Made by a program: the position numbers and the translations under genes. Below are positions 7,151 to 15,734 of a DNA stretch of 29,103 nt, piece after piece (position 1 is the first letter of the stretch; every line of letters begins with the position of its first letter). Where the stretch lies: the IMG/VR virus record IMGVR_UViG_3300016476_000510, positions 1-29,103 of that record, one strand, 5' to 3'. The notes below the pieces were generated by a model. That model searched no databases. It was not told the DNA's origin and worked only from the letters and a program-made list of their open reading frames with translations. Source of the stretch: a virus (Duplodnaviria > Caudoviricetes).

Positions 7151-7495
7151 TTACTTTCTCTTAGACTTTTTTGTTTGGTGCGTCTGGCGGGAGTCGAACC
7201 CGCTACCAAGAGTTTTAGAGGCTCCGTCTATCCGATCAGCTTCAGACGCAAAATCTTTTAGATATCCTTTGATATCTTTGTGCTTTACAATTATAAGCGT
7301 TCTAACGTTATTGTCAACCTTAATTGGCAAATCTAGCATAACGCTAATACGTGGTCCTTCTTCTTCACTGATCAAGGTGTCGTTACCCACAGTGCCAATG
7401 AAGGGAATCTTCTTGTAGAAACCAAAGACCCTATCGCCAATAAAATATTTTGGCTTGTAGCGATTCTTTTCGAACCATTCAGCGAGACTAGCCAT
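7151..7495 (-). CDS. Hypothetical protein whose last ~32 codons run through the tRNA
   Basis: Open frame, TAATG-coupled to the upstream gene. Confidence 0.8.
   Translation of the reverse strand: MASLAEWFEKNRYKPKYFIGDRVFGFYKKIPFIGTVGNDTLISEEEGPRISVMLDLPIKVDNNVRTLIIVKHKDIKGYLKDFASEADRIDGASKTLGSGFDSRQTHQTKKSKRK
7176..7249 (-). tRNA. tRNA with CUA anticodon (amber suppressor-type), CCA encoded, atypical D arm
   Basis: Acceptor GCGTCTG/CAGACGC-A-CCA; T arm GCGGG-TTCGACT-CCCGC; anticodon arm GGAGC-CTCTAAA-ACTCT with CTA at 7216-7218; A at position 8 and a C:A mismatch closing the loop. Confidence 0.8.
7290..7317 (-). promoter_or_regulatory. Intragenic sigma70 promoter TTGACA-16-TATAAT upstream of the tRNA
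   Basis: Both hexamers are perfect; -10 lies 40 nt before tRNA G1. Confidence 0.7.
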
Positions 7496-7716
7496 TATAG
7501 AATCTTCCCAAGTGTAACGTAGATGAGCTCGTCCAGTTCACGTTCAAAGTTCTTACCCATGCGGCGCTTCAGATAAATCGCTTCTACCAGTTCCGTGGGC
7601 GTGCTGCTGGCAACTTCAAAGCCTTTGCCCCGGCGCTCCAGTTCTTCAATCAGATCATCGTCGTCGAAATCATCCAGATCGATATCTACTTCAACTTCTT
7701 TGTAAACGTATGGCAT
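7495..7716 (-). CDS. Hypothetical acidic protein
   Basis: Start MPYVYK; DIDLDDFDDDDLIEEL. Confidence 0.8.
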   Translation of the reverse strand: MPYVYKEVEVDIDLDDFDDDDLIEELERRGKGFEVASSTPTELVEAIYLKRRMGKNFERELDELIYVTLGKIL

Positions 7717-7718
7717 AA

Positions 7719-8294
7719 TTAATCCCAACTGCTACTAGAACTACTGTCACTAGAACTGCTATCCCAGCTTGAGCTAGGACTGGAACCACTCCAACTGCTA
7801 CTGGACTTGCTGGGTCCGTCATCATCCCAACTCGGTGAACTATAAGAACCAAATGAACTTGTGGGCTTACTTTCCTCGACGTCTGGTTTCACCTTTGGTA
7901 CATCGTTATCCCAGGAGACCGAGCCGGATGCTGTATCGGACTTGCTCTTAAGCAACTCAGCCACAATCATGGTGGTCAGTAGATCAGGTCCAGTGTCATT
8001 GGTGTGCACATAACTGATGGAGTTATTGGTACCTCGTTCAGTTACCGTGGTTCGGTGCACGTCTGCATTGTAGTCATATGTGGTCTTACCCACATGAGTT
8101 GCCCCATTCAATCGCTCTTTCCAACGTGCCTTGCTGGCTTCTCTTTCCTGGCGTAGCTGTTCCAGTGCTTGCTCTCGTTGAAGTTTTGCTTGCAGTTTTT
8201 TCTTCTGAATCTTCTTCAGGGTCCAGTAACCTGCGCCAATTACCAACACCGGAGTCGCCACCATGAGTAGCCAGCCGACTGCATCTTCAAACAT
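7719..8294 (-). CDS. Membrane-anchored protein with Ser-rich low-complexity tail
   Basis: N-terminal hydrophobic helix, coiled coil, repeated SSSW(D/S) tail. Confidence 0.8.
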   Translation of the reverse strand: MFEDAVGWLLMVATPVLVIGAGYWTLKKIQKKKLQAKLQREQALEQLRQEREASKARWKERLNGATHVGKTTYDYNADVHRTTVTERGTNNSISYVHTNDTGPDLLTTMIVAELLKSKSDTASGSVSWDNDVPKVKPDVEESKPTSSFGSYSSPSWDDDGPSKSSSSWSGSSPSSSWDSSSSDSSSSSSWD

Positions 8295-8796
8295 TGGTTA
8301 GTCTTTCAATTTGTTCGCGGAGCACCTTCTCCACAAACTGGTTCAGGGTCATGTCTGCTTCATGTGCCATCTTCATCAGAGCAAACATTTCGTCATCGGG
8401 CAGTTCCAGTGGAACCTGTACACGAGTGTCGTAAGGTTCGCCTGCTTCTATTGCGGCAATCTTTTCAAACATGTCGTCAAGTACTTCCAGATCAATGTAG
8501 TCAACATCGTCCCAGGCCTGCTTTTCTAGCACACTTCTAGTCGCAGCCTCTGCCTGCATAGCAGGACGCCAACTTGCTGCCACCCAACGGTAGGCACGTT
8601 GGTTAGCATAATCGTGCGCCTGAATTTCGTAAACTGTCTGATCGTTGGTGTCAAAGATAATGCTGAAGCTGTGACCATCCTGCTCACCATTCCAGCTATC
8701 AAGGCAATAGGCATAGGGACCATAACAATCCCAGCCATAGTCACTGCCTTCTGTAATCCTGAAGCCCACTGCTTCCATCCATCGTTGCATCGTCAT
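8287..8796 (-). CDS. Hypothetical protein, possible C-terminal ribbon-helix-helix
   Basis: Start MTMQRW after GGAGG; VPLELPDD...AHEADMTLNQFVEKVL. Confidence 0.8.
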   Translation of the reverse strand: MTMQRWMEAVGFRITEGSDYGWDCYGPYAYCLDSWNGEQDGHSFSIIFDTNDQTVYEIQAHDYANQRAYRWVAASWRPAMQAEAATRSVLEKQAWDDVDYIDLEVLDDMFEKIAAIEAGEPYDTRVQVPLELPDDEMFALMKMAHEADMTLNQFVEKVLREQIERLTNV

Positions 8797-8797
8797 T

Positions 8798-9058
8798 TTA
8801 GCCTCCGTGCTTGAGCACATACATTAGAACATCCTCGCCGCCAATGATAACCATCTGGTTGCCATACTCGAGGTACGTTTTTTCCTTGCCGCGCCAGTTT
8901 GTCTGTTTCTTAACTGGCGCCACTCTAACCATTTTAGGGGTGAGTGCCGTAATGGTACAGATTTTCAAACCAACTGTGCCTGCACTCACTGCTACAGGCA
9001 TGCCCACCTTGAGCTCTCGCCCTAGAATATCAAGATGCGGATTCTGTTCCGTCGTCAT
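8798..9058 (-). CDS. Hypothetical protein (DILGRELKVG, SH3-like)
   Basis: ORF in the operon. Confidence 0.75.
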   Translation of the reverse strand: MTTEQNPHLDILGRELKVGMPVAVSAGTVGLKICTITALTPKMVRVAPVKKQTNWRGKEKTYLEYGNQMVIIGGEDVLMYVLKHGG

Positions 9059-9356
9059 AAGTCGCCCTTATCATCCTAATCAACTGTTCACATGCAACAT
9101 CGTTCATTGCAAGTGTAATAGAACCAAACCCATCTCCAGACATAACCGTCAAAGTTGTCATGCCATCGTCCCTGCGACCTATACGGTAACATTCTTTAGC
9201 CGAGGGCTTGGGAGGTTGCACAGGGGGCACCGGGGGCACCGATCTTGGCTCAGGAAACTTAATCACGTTGTCAGTCTCATCAGGGGGAGGAATATCTTTC
9301 CATGTTGGATCGCTTTCCTTGCGCTTACCCTTGAATAGATCAAAGATGTTTTTCAT
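9030..9356 (-). CDS. Hypothetical Pro-rich protein
   Basis: ORF coupled by TGATG. Confidence 0.75.
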   Translation of the reverse strand: MKNIFDLFKGKRKESDPTWKDIPPPDETDNVIKFPEPRSVPPVPPVQPPKPSAKECYRIGRRDDGMTTLTVMSGDGFGSITLAMNDVACEQLIRMIRATYDDGTESAS

Positions 9357-9637
9357 CAGTTACTCCCAAAGCTACCTGGCTTACCGGGTTCAGGATTACC
9401 GTGGCATCGAACACCTTTACCAAACTCATCCAGAATCTGTCGTGCTTGACCACGCTCCCCAACCACAAACTTGTAGCCTTCAATACAACGGCTTTCCGTC
9501 ATACCATTGATGCCCCAGCTAACGCTAGTGTTACCTTGGCTCGTTCCAAACAGAATAGGAGCAACGATAGCCGCAAGGATACCAACAATGGCGACGACGA
9601 TCATAAGTTCAATAAGAGTAAAGCCACGTTGCTTCAT
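9356..9637 (-). CDS. Type IV pilin-like protein (class III signal peptide)
   Basis: MKQRG|FTLIELMIVVAIVGILAAIVAP with E5 and P22; two Cys in a short C-terminal domain; SD GGAG. Confidence 0.88.
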   Translation of the reverse strand: MKQRGFTLIELMIVVAIVGILAAIVAPILFGTSQGNTSVSWGINGMTESRCIEGYKFVVGERGQARQILDEFGKGVRCHGNPEPGKPGSFGSN

Positions 9638-9834
9638 TTGATTCTCCAGAAAGGTGTACCACGCACTAGTTTGGGAACGGGAAATAAAACTGGAATGCAC
9701 AGGCTTAGTAACCAGATCAGCTGAATGTATTCAGCCTGTGCAAATCTATAGATAAACAAGTTGACCAAGCCCGCAACAAGATACACTGCTCCTGTTAGGA
9801 AGAGATACTCGCCGGGGCTCAGTGGCAACCGCAT
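9634..9834 (-). CDS. Small two-helix membrane protein
   Basis: Two hydrophobic stretches. Confidence 0.7.
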   Translation of the reverse strand: MRLPLSPGEYLFLTGAVYLVAGLVNLFIYRFAQAEYIQLIWLLSLCIPVLFPVPKLVRGTPFWRIK

Positions 9835-9836
9835 GA

Positions 9837-10634
9837 TTACTTAGGCATCATCAGAGCGTTAAAGTTAGCAGGCACCACAATGGTCTGCACCTTACCGTTC
9901 TTAATACCTTCTGAAATGTTCAGAGCAGCCTGAGCGTTCATAAACGCAATGGAGCTCGCACTGTTGTTAGCCAGCGCAGCCATACGACGAGCCTCAGCTT
10001 CGGCAGTCTTCACTTCAACTTCCTTCTGCTTGAGTTCGTTCTTAGCGCGAACCAGGTCGTTGGCACTAGCCACAACACTGTCTGCCGGGACCACATTACG
10101 AATCAGAACTTGACTGATAGTGATGCTGCCATCCAGCTTTTCTTCTGCCAGGTTGCGGATAATTTCTTCCTTGACGTAGTTTTCCATTTCACTACGATTG
10201 TCTGCCATGTCCAGTGCCTCGTACTTACGAGCTGCCTTGTAAATGGCGTTACGAGCATTCTGCACGATGTAGTTATACATCAGGTAAGTATCACCCTTGT
10301 GCTCAACGTGGAATGCCTTGTTCTTGCTGGAATACAGTTCGCTGACCTGATTGGGATTGATGTTATAGACAACCACAGCATCCAGATCCTTCATGGTGCT
10401 GTTGTCTTTGGCTACAGGGGTCATGTTGTCCAGGGTGACGTTGACGTCCTTGACCGGGAAGGTGAGCACATCGCCCACCAGCACCTGGTTAAAGCTACCA
10501 GGCAGCAGTTCACCAGGCTTGACCTGCTTATCGAAACCAACTCGTACACCAACCTCACCGGTTTCGATACGAGTGCAAGCTGCCATAGAAGCGACAGCGG
10601 CGGCCAGGAGGGAAAGTTTTACGAAGCGATTCAT
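9837..10634 (-). CDS. SPFH/Band-7 (prohibitin-like) lipoprotein
   Basis: Lipobox-like MAAC, then TRIETGEVGVRVGF; C-terminal AEAEA coiled coil. Confidence 0.85.
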   Translation of the reverse strand: MNRFVKLSLLAAAVASMAACTRIETGEVGVRVGFDKQVKPGELLPGSFNQVLVGDVLTFPVKDVNVTLDNMTPVAKDNSTMKDLDAVVVYNINPNQVSELYSSKNKAFHVEHKGDTYLMYNYIVQNARNAIYKAARKYEALDMADNRSEMENYVKEEIIRNLAEEKLDGSITISQVLIRNVVPADSVVASANDLVRAKNELKQKEVEVKTAEAEARRMAALANNSASSIAFMNAQAALNISEGIKNGKVQTIVVPANFNALMMPK

Positions 10635-10646
10635 CTCTGTGTGTCC

Positions 10647-10823
10647 TTAAAAAAGAGTAACCAAAACAAACATCAGCACCATTGCTAATGTAGAACTAAT
10701 TATAACGTATCCTGCAATTTTTGTCAATTTCAGGAATTGTTTTCCTGTAATTTTTTGAGCGCCCAGTAAGCCCAGGTAGCACAAGATGGACAGGATCAAA
10801 AACAAAAATATCACACGTATCAT
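10647..10823 (-). CDS. Small membrane protein, 58 aa
   Basis: Hand translation MIRVIFLFLILSIL...LMFVLVTLF; TGATG overlap. Confidence 0.75.
   Translation of the reverse strand: MIRVIFLFLILSILCYLGLLGAQKITGKQFLKLTKIAGYVIISSTLAMVLMFVLVTLF
10699..10727 (-). promoter_or_regulatory. Sigma70 promoter TTGACA-17-TATAAT (intragenic, upstream of SPFH gene)
   Basis: Perfect consensus. Confidence 0.8.
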
Positions 10824-11362
10824 CAGACATCTCCTTCTCTTACAGGCGGAACATACAAACCAGTTTCAGTCTTTTCCCAGACCTGCTTGTTGCCAAGCTC
10901 GTCGTAGCTGAAGGGAACCCCGTTGATAGTGTGGGGTTCCTGTTCGTCGTAGGTCCAGCCCAGGGCCTTCATCATGCGATGCTTGACCAAGAGGTTAGGA
11001 CTGCGGAATACTTCTGTGTCATCAAAGCCCATCATGACACCAACTTCACAGACTGCACCAGAACGGCAGACGCCAGCATGGCAGTGAACGATCACGTTCA
11101 TTCTGTTAGCCAGTGCATGTTGCAGTAGGCGCACCAATTCATCAGCCTGCTCCTGGCTGCATCGCATGGCTTCTTCCAGAACAAAATCGTCCTTTTCAAC
11201 ATCCAGGAATTGGAATTGATGAACTTCCTTAAACTGGTACTTGGGGGTGGGGAAGTCGCCGGGCGGATCGGTAATTTGAATCAGCATGGCGTTCTCGCCG
11301 GGGTTGATGTGAAAACCCTTCTTGATGTCGCTCATTGCTACGTTTTGAATCCAAGGCATCAT
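10823..11362 (-). CDS. Protein-tyrosine/dual-specificity phosphatase-like protein
   Basis: VHCHAGVCRS CX5R motif; upstream FLD acid loop. Confidence 0.85.
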   Translation of the reverse strand: MMPWIQNVAMSDIKKGFHINPGENAMLIQITDPPGDFPTPKYQFKEVHQFQFLDVEKDDFVLEEAMRCSQEQADELVRLLQHALANRMNVIVHCHAGVCRSGAVCEVGVMMGFDDTEVFRSPNLLVKHRMMKALGWTYDEQEPHTINGVPFSYDELGNKQVWEKTETGLYVPPVREGDV

Positions 11363-11380
11363 TGCTCCTAATATGCTGAT

Positions 11381-11409
11381 ATTATAGCATACCCTGGATT
11401 TTTTGTCAA
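11381..11409 (-). promoter_or_regulatory. Sigma70 promoter TTGACA-17-TATAAT
   Basis: Perfect consensus with TG extension. Confidence 0.85.
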
Positions 11410-11410
11410 T

Positions 11411-12955
11411 TTAGAGATTTAATATTTTAGTTTTATATGACTGTGCAAGTGCTTGGAACGCTTCCGCGGACTCTGACTTGATGTAGTCTGTGTACTCAAA
11501 CCTATTCATCTGAATCTGCTGATCAAAGGTCTTCTTGTTTTTAAAGTACATGGTTTTGTGATAGTAGTCAAACATGGAGAAGCCACCCTGACTATCTCTG
11601 CCCATTTCACTGGTCGCACGAATCAGTCGTTGCTGTATGTCACGTGCCTGTGAAAAAGTGGTTACTGGGCTCTCGTAGTTGTGCCAGTTAAAGGGCTTGC
11701 TCCTTACTGGCCAGTGGTAACCGTATGCGTCTGGGTTTAGTTCAAACTCACTCTTCCAGGGAAACTTATTGAACTCTGGATTCATTAGCTTGAGCGGTGC
11801 CACCGTTACCTTTTCAATCAAACAGTTTTCATTGTCTCGAATCCAGGCTTCTGTCTCGTTATATGACTCTATGGTTTCGTAGGGCAAGCCTGTGATCAGA
11901 CCTATCTGCACCTTAACACGTTCTTTCCAGTGTGTTGCTTTCAGATCGTACAGTAGGTCTTTTGCCAGCTTGGATACGATACCTTTACCAATTGTCCTTG
12001 CTGCCTTTTCGTGAAAACTTTCAACACCAAAGAACGCACCTGTTAGTCCCATCTCGTACAGTTTGTCTATCTGTTGTCTGTGTGCGTTTAAAAGGTCTAG
12101 TCTAAGGTACGCTGAAAAATTAAGTTTGAATGGCAGGGTTGTAAAGATGCTGTGTAGTAGATCCAGCTTGTCATTACTATCGTTAAATGTGTCGTCGCTT
12201 AGTATGTACTTGTCTATACCGAACATCTCGTAGTTGCGTATGAGTTCTTCTCGTATTACGCCAGGGTCCTTGATGTGGTCTAGCTTCTTTTTGCCTGTTA
12301 GTGGATAGGAGCAGAACTTGCATTTGAAAATACAACCTCTACCTATCTCCAAGATCATGGGCTCGCCCCAGTCAATACAGTCGGACTTGTCGTAGAGTGT
12401 CTTGCTGTTGCAGAAGTCAAATACATTGGAATTCTCAACAAAGTTGAACACGGGGATGTTCTTAAACATTGAGTCAGGAACAATATCAACCTTGTTGACC
12501 AGACTGTCAAAGTATCTTATAAAGGCATGCTCACCAAATCCTAGTATAACTGCGTCAATGTCAAAGTCCTGCGTTCTTAGCATGTTCATGCTATTGGGAC
12601 CACCAAAGATGGCTTTGACCTTGGGATTTAATTCCCTGGCACATTGTATGATGTGCTGCACACGAAACTGAATCCTTGGATTTTCATCCATCCAGAACGA
12701 TGTACTGAAACCAACGATAAGAGTTTCTTGATCAACGAACTTCTTGCAGACTTGTTCAAGTTCAGATGAAGAAAATTCAGCCATCAAGTGTATTACTTGA
12801 CAGCTGAATCCTCGACTTCTTACCTCAGACGCTATTCTGAAAGGTCCAAGTGTTTTAAGAGCAGCCTCGTCTCTTACGCTTTGCTCTTGCTGATTTTTTA
12901 TGTTGAGCGGGTTAGTTAGCGCCCTGCTGTCAGCAAATATCAATACATGTGCCAT
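11411..12955 (-). CDS. B12-binding-type radical SAM protein
   Basis: RGCIFKCKFC, DDTFN, GVESF, GLPYET; N-terminal VGFST...FGGP...GFGE cobalamin-binding-like domain. Confidence 0.88.
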   Translation of the reverse strand: MAHVLIFADSRALTNPLNIKNQQEQSVRDEAALKTLGPFRIASEVRSRGFSCQVIHLMAEFSSSELEQVCKKFVDQETLIVGFSTSFWMDENPRIQFRVQHIIQCARELNPKVKAIFGGPNSMNMLRTQDFDIDAVILGFGEHAFIRYFDSLVNKVDIVPDSMFKNIPVFNFVENSNVFDFCNSKTLYDKSDCIDWGEPMILEIGRGCIFKCKFCSYPLTGKKKLDHIKDPGVIREELIRNYEMFGIDKYILSDDTFNDSNDKLDLLHSIFTTLPFKLNFSAYLRLDLLNAHRQQIDKLYEMGLTGAFFGVESFHEKAARTIGKGIVSKLAKDLLYDLKATHWKERVKVQIGLITGLPYETIESYNETEAWIRDNENCLIEKVTVAPLKLMNPEFNKFPWKSEFELNPDAYGYHWPVRSKPFNWHNYESPVTTFSQARDIQQRLIRATSEMGRDSQGGFSMFDYYHKTMYFKNKKTFDQQIQMNRFEYTDYIKSESAEAFQALAQSYKTKILNL

Positions 12956-12964
12956 ATGGCATAT

Positions 12965-13714
12965 TTATGACTCCAAAACGTAGTCGACACTATTCCTCTT
13001 GCCTGCAAGAACTTGTGCCAGCTGTTCGTGCCCAACAACACGAGCCATACCAGGCCAGTCTGCTGCAAACATACGGAAGTCATAGCCAAAGCTCTGAACG
13101 TGGCACTTGTACTTTTCACTGTAGCGCATGCCACCACCGCCGCCGGTGCCGCTGTATGCACGAACACGACTGGTACCAAAGCTATCGCGGAACAGGTCAC
13201 TACCTAGGTAGATGCCATCCCATTCTTTAGGCCAGCGAACAATCCATTCAACACGGCCACTCCAGCCCGGGTAGCTTCGGGGGCGACCGTCTTTGGCTTC
13301 CTGGCTACTCCAGCAGGTGACACCGTTATGCGGGCGACTGTGGCTGTTGCTGACCGTTGGGTTCCAACGAACATCGAAAGTGGTAAACTCTAGAAGTTCA
13401 GGAACAGGACAATGCACGGCATTTTTTCCTCGGCTGTGCGTCTTGCCGACATACTTCCAGTCAAAGGGATCAGTCTTAGCAGCTTCTGCCCAGAAACGAC
13501 TTTGATTGTCAATGACAAACTGACGCCATTCATCAATGGTCATTTCACGCTCATAGGCCTGTGCCCACCAGGCATCAGCCTCTGCTTCCTTGACCATTAG
13601 CTTGCGCTTGGTGTTTCGCTCGCGGGCTAGCTTACGCAGATGACTCTGGTACTTGACCTTATCCTCGAACAGTTTACCCGTTTCGTCACATTTCCAAACT
13701 AGAATTTGACTCAT
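12965..13714 (-). CDS. Hypothetical protein
   Basis: 249-aa ORF, TAATG-coupled. Confidence 0.85.
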   Translation of the reverse strand: MSQILVWKCDETGKLFEDKVKYQSHLRKLARERNTKRKLMVKEAEADAWWAQAYEREMTIDEWRQFVIDNQSRFWAEAAKTDPFDWKYVGKTHSRGKNAVHCPVPELLEFTTFDVRWNPTVSNSHSRPHNGVTCWSSQEAKDGRPRSYPGWSGRVEWIVRWPKEWDGIYLGSDLFRDSFGTSRVRAYSGTGGGGGMRYSEKYKCHVQSFGYDFRMFAADWPGMARVVGHEQLAQVLAGKRNSVDYVLES

Positions 13715-13968
13715 TATTCTACCTCAAAGAAAATACGTTCACCCAGAGCACTGATACGACGAATCTTGCGACCGTTGATCGTCATGCCAAGTGCAATAAA
13801 AGGACCTCCGCTGGGGTCGACAAAACCTAGGTCATTAAAGTCCACACTTTCTTGTCCTTCTTTGCCACCATAGCGCCAGTACTTCAGATCACCCTCGATC
13901 GTAAAAGAGTCTTGATCTACCTCTACAAACTTATATTCATCGCCATAACGATTTTTCATATCTATCAT
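13714..13968 (-). CDS. Hypothetical protein (FVDPSGGPF motif)
   Basis: ORF in the operon. Confidence 0.8.
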   Translation of the reverse strand: MIDMKNRYGDEYKFVEVDQDSFTIEGDLKYWRYGGKEGQESVDFNDLGFVDPSGGPFIALGMTINGRKIRRISALGERIFFEVE

Positions 13969-14105
13969 CCAAACAAAACATTACGCAACCAAGCATAGTA
14001 GACAATCTGTCCCACAATGCTACCAAAGAATCCAGCCCAGCCTGCCCACAGTGTACAGAGACCGGTGGAAATACAAGCAACAATAACATTTCCTGCGTCA
14101 ATCAT
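13965..14105 (-). CDS. Small membrane protein, 46 aa
   Basis: Hand translation; ATGA overlaps at both ends. Confidence 0.7.
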   Translation of the reverse strand: MIDAGNVIVACISTGLCTLWAGWAGFFGSIVGQIVYYAWLRNVLFG

Positions 14106-14314
14106 TCTTTAATCCTTGTGTTAGTCATTTTCTGAATCAAGCCTTCAACATATTCATTGTCTCGGCGATATGCGGCAATGTAATCTTCTTTGCCAGGCTT
14201 GCCAATCATTTCAATGATTTGCTTATTGTTCATCATGATGCGGTCACGCATAATCTGAAAAATGTTTTGAGCGTCAGCATCACTCACAGTAAAATCAAAA
14301 CGGATCATCGCCAT
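14102..14314 (-). CDS. Hypothetical protein
   Basis: ORF with SD AGGAG. Confidence 0.75.
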   Translation of the reverse strand: MAMIRFDFTVSDADAQNIFQIMRDRIMMNNKQIIEMIGKPGKEDYIAAYRRDNEYVEGLIQKMTNTRIKE

Positions 14315-14631
14315 TCTCCTGCACGGTTAATTTCATCTTGCGTAAACTGTCCGCCTGAACGGTCGGGGTTGTCACGCCACGATTGTTCTACATCCTTAGC
14401 TAAGTTTGCCAAACGGCGTTGCTCGTTACTGGCACGATTATGTGCTTTACGCTGTGCCTTCTTTGCTTGTTCACGCAATTCTTTTTCAAACTTGATATCA
14501 CCAAATACTGTATCTTGAGGGATACCGTACACCTCTGCGATAGCAATCACAGCCGGCCATTCATAGTATCGAAGTTTACCAAGGTCAACTTGGTCAACAA
14601 TGAACTGAACCATTTCGTGATATGTTTTCAT
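14305..14631 (-). CDS. Hypothetical protein (C-terminal NPDRSGGQFTQDEI)
   Basis: ORF in the operon. Confidence 0.75.
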   Translation of the reverse strand: MKTYHEMVQFIVDQVDLGKLRYYEWPAVIAIAEVYGIPQDTVFGDIKFEKELREQAKKAQRKAHNRASNEQRRLANLAKDVEQSWRDNPDRSGGQFTQDEINRAGEWR

Positions 14632-14632
14632 T

Positions 14633-14896
14633 TTATCGGCCCATTCTAATCAAGTTGCGGACTTCTTCACTGTCGCTTTCATCAAACTCAGGCTCTTTAG
14701 GAATACACTGTTCCACATCCTGTAGGATACGCTTGAGTTCGGCGATGTTGATTTTAAGAAACTCGATAGTAGCAATAATTGCCATTTGGTCGCCGGTGGC
14801 ACGTGGAATATCTCGGCGAGATTCGTAAAGAGCAAGTGCTTCTTCCTTGCCGGCGATTGTGTTACGCAGGTTTTGTGCTACGGTTTGGATGTTCAT
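14633..14896 (-). CDS. Hypothetical protein
   Basis: Start moved to MNIQTV. Confidence 0.75.
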   Translation of the reverse strand: MNIQTVAQNLRNTIAGKEEALALYESRRDIPRATGDQMAIIATIEFLKINIAELKRILQDVEQCIPKEPEFDESDSEEVRNLIRMGR

Positions 14897-14897
14897 T

Positions 14898-15281
14898 TTA
14901 GAGCCCCAGCAGTTCACGTTCTTCTTCACTCAGCAGTTCACGAACCTTGCGTTCTGCTTCCTTCTTGACAGCATAACGGCGTTCTGCTTCGGCACGTTCT
15001 TCCTCAAGGTAATCAACCTTGTAGGTCAGGTCCTCCAGAACGGCGTTAGCGTCCTGGCTGTAGCTGTAGGACAGAACATAGTCGTTGCGATAGCGGTCGT
15101 TGCGATCTTCAACATTGAAGAACCCATTCTTGACAGTCAGCGTCAGAGTAGGTTCTGCACTAACACGCTCCAGCAAATTCATCAGTCGCAGGGGATAGGC
15201 CAGACGTTCTGCTTCCAGACGTTCTGCACGTTCGCGAGCTTCACGTTCTAGACGTTCTGCCTTAGTTTCTCGCTTTGCCAT
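14898..15281 (-). CDS. Hypothetical Glu/Arg-rich protein
   Basis: SD AGGAG; first gene after a promoter. Confidence 0.85.
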   Translation of the reverse strand: MAKRETKAERLEREARERAERLEAERLAYPLRLMNLLERVSAEPTLTLTVKNGFFNVEDRNDRYRNDYVLSYSYSQDANAVLEDLTYKVDYLEEERAEAERRYAVKKEAERKVRELLSEEERELLGL

Positions 15282-15309
15282 TGTTAGCTCCTGTTTCGTT
15301 CGATAAGTT

Positions 15310-15345
15310 ATTATAGCACAGGAGCCAATTTCAGCCTATTTTTGG
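15310..15345 (-). promoter_or_regulatory. Early promoter, variant class CCAAAAA-TAGGCT-17-TATAAT
   Basis: Extended -10 TGcTATAAT; shared AAATT spacer motif. Confidence 0.75.
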
Positions 15346-15358
15346 CTAATTATCAAAA

Positions 15359-15601
15359 TTAATACTCGCGTATTACATTTGCCTCACTGTCCCAGCCCTT
15401 GCCGCCCAGTGCTTTCATGAGCTCGTATTCCTGTGCCGCTTCTTTACATTCCCTTGGTTGCCCCATTGACCCCACCACAGCCATGCAATATTCGCAACGG
15501 TAGCTGATGCCTGAACTGTGGTCAAAGCTGGCAATGCCCCCGCAAGGCAACTTAATTCGCGGGAACTGATCTTGATAGTGCTTGCTCACGTTCAGCCTCA
15601 A
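15359..15601 (-). CDS. Hypothetical Cys-rich protein (start uncertain; GTG at 15589 possible)
   Basis: LPCGG...YRCEYC...PREC. Confidence 0.7.
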   Translation of the reverse strand: MRLNVSKHYQDQFPRIKLPCGGIASFDHSSGISYRCEYCMAVVGSMGQPRECKEAAQEYELMKALGGKGWDSEANVIREY

Positions 15602-15734
15602 TGTCTGCGTGGGCAGACTTCAAAGTTCGACCAGTGGTGCCCACATAGTAGACACCGTCCCGCATGTAGGCATACCTATAGACGCCCTCACGCAGGCCAT
15701 CGTAGTATGCATTGATTTCTTCTCTGGTATTCAC
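15552..15734 (-). CDS. Hypothetical protein
   Basis: GTGA overlap start. Confidence 0.7.
   Translation of the reverse strand: MNTREEINAYYDGLREGVYRYAYMRDGVYYVGTTGRTLKSAHADIEAEREQALSRSVPAN

Noticed and set aside
7176-7249. Reading the tRNA as Arg(UCU) or as tRNA-Pyl
   Set aside because: The UCU register puts C at position 33 and breaks the anticodon stem. The canonical TTCGA T loop and GG D loop are unlike tRNA-Pyl, and no pyl genes are present.
7719-7870. Ser-rich repetitive stretch as a DNA repeat element
   Set aside because: Codons vary; it is protein-level low complexity.
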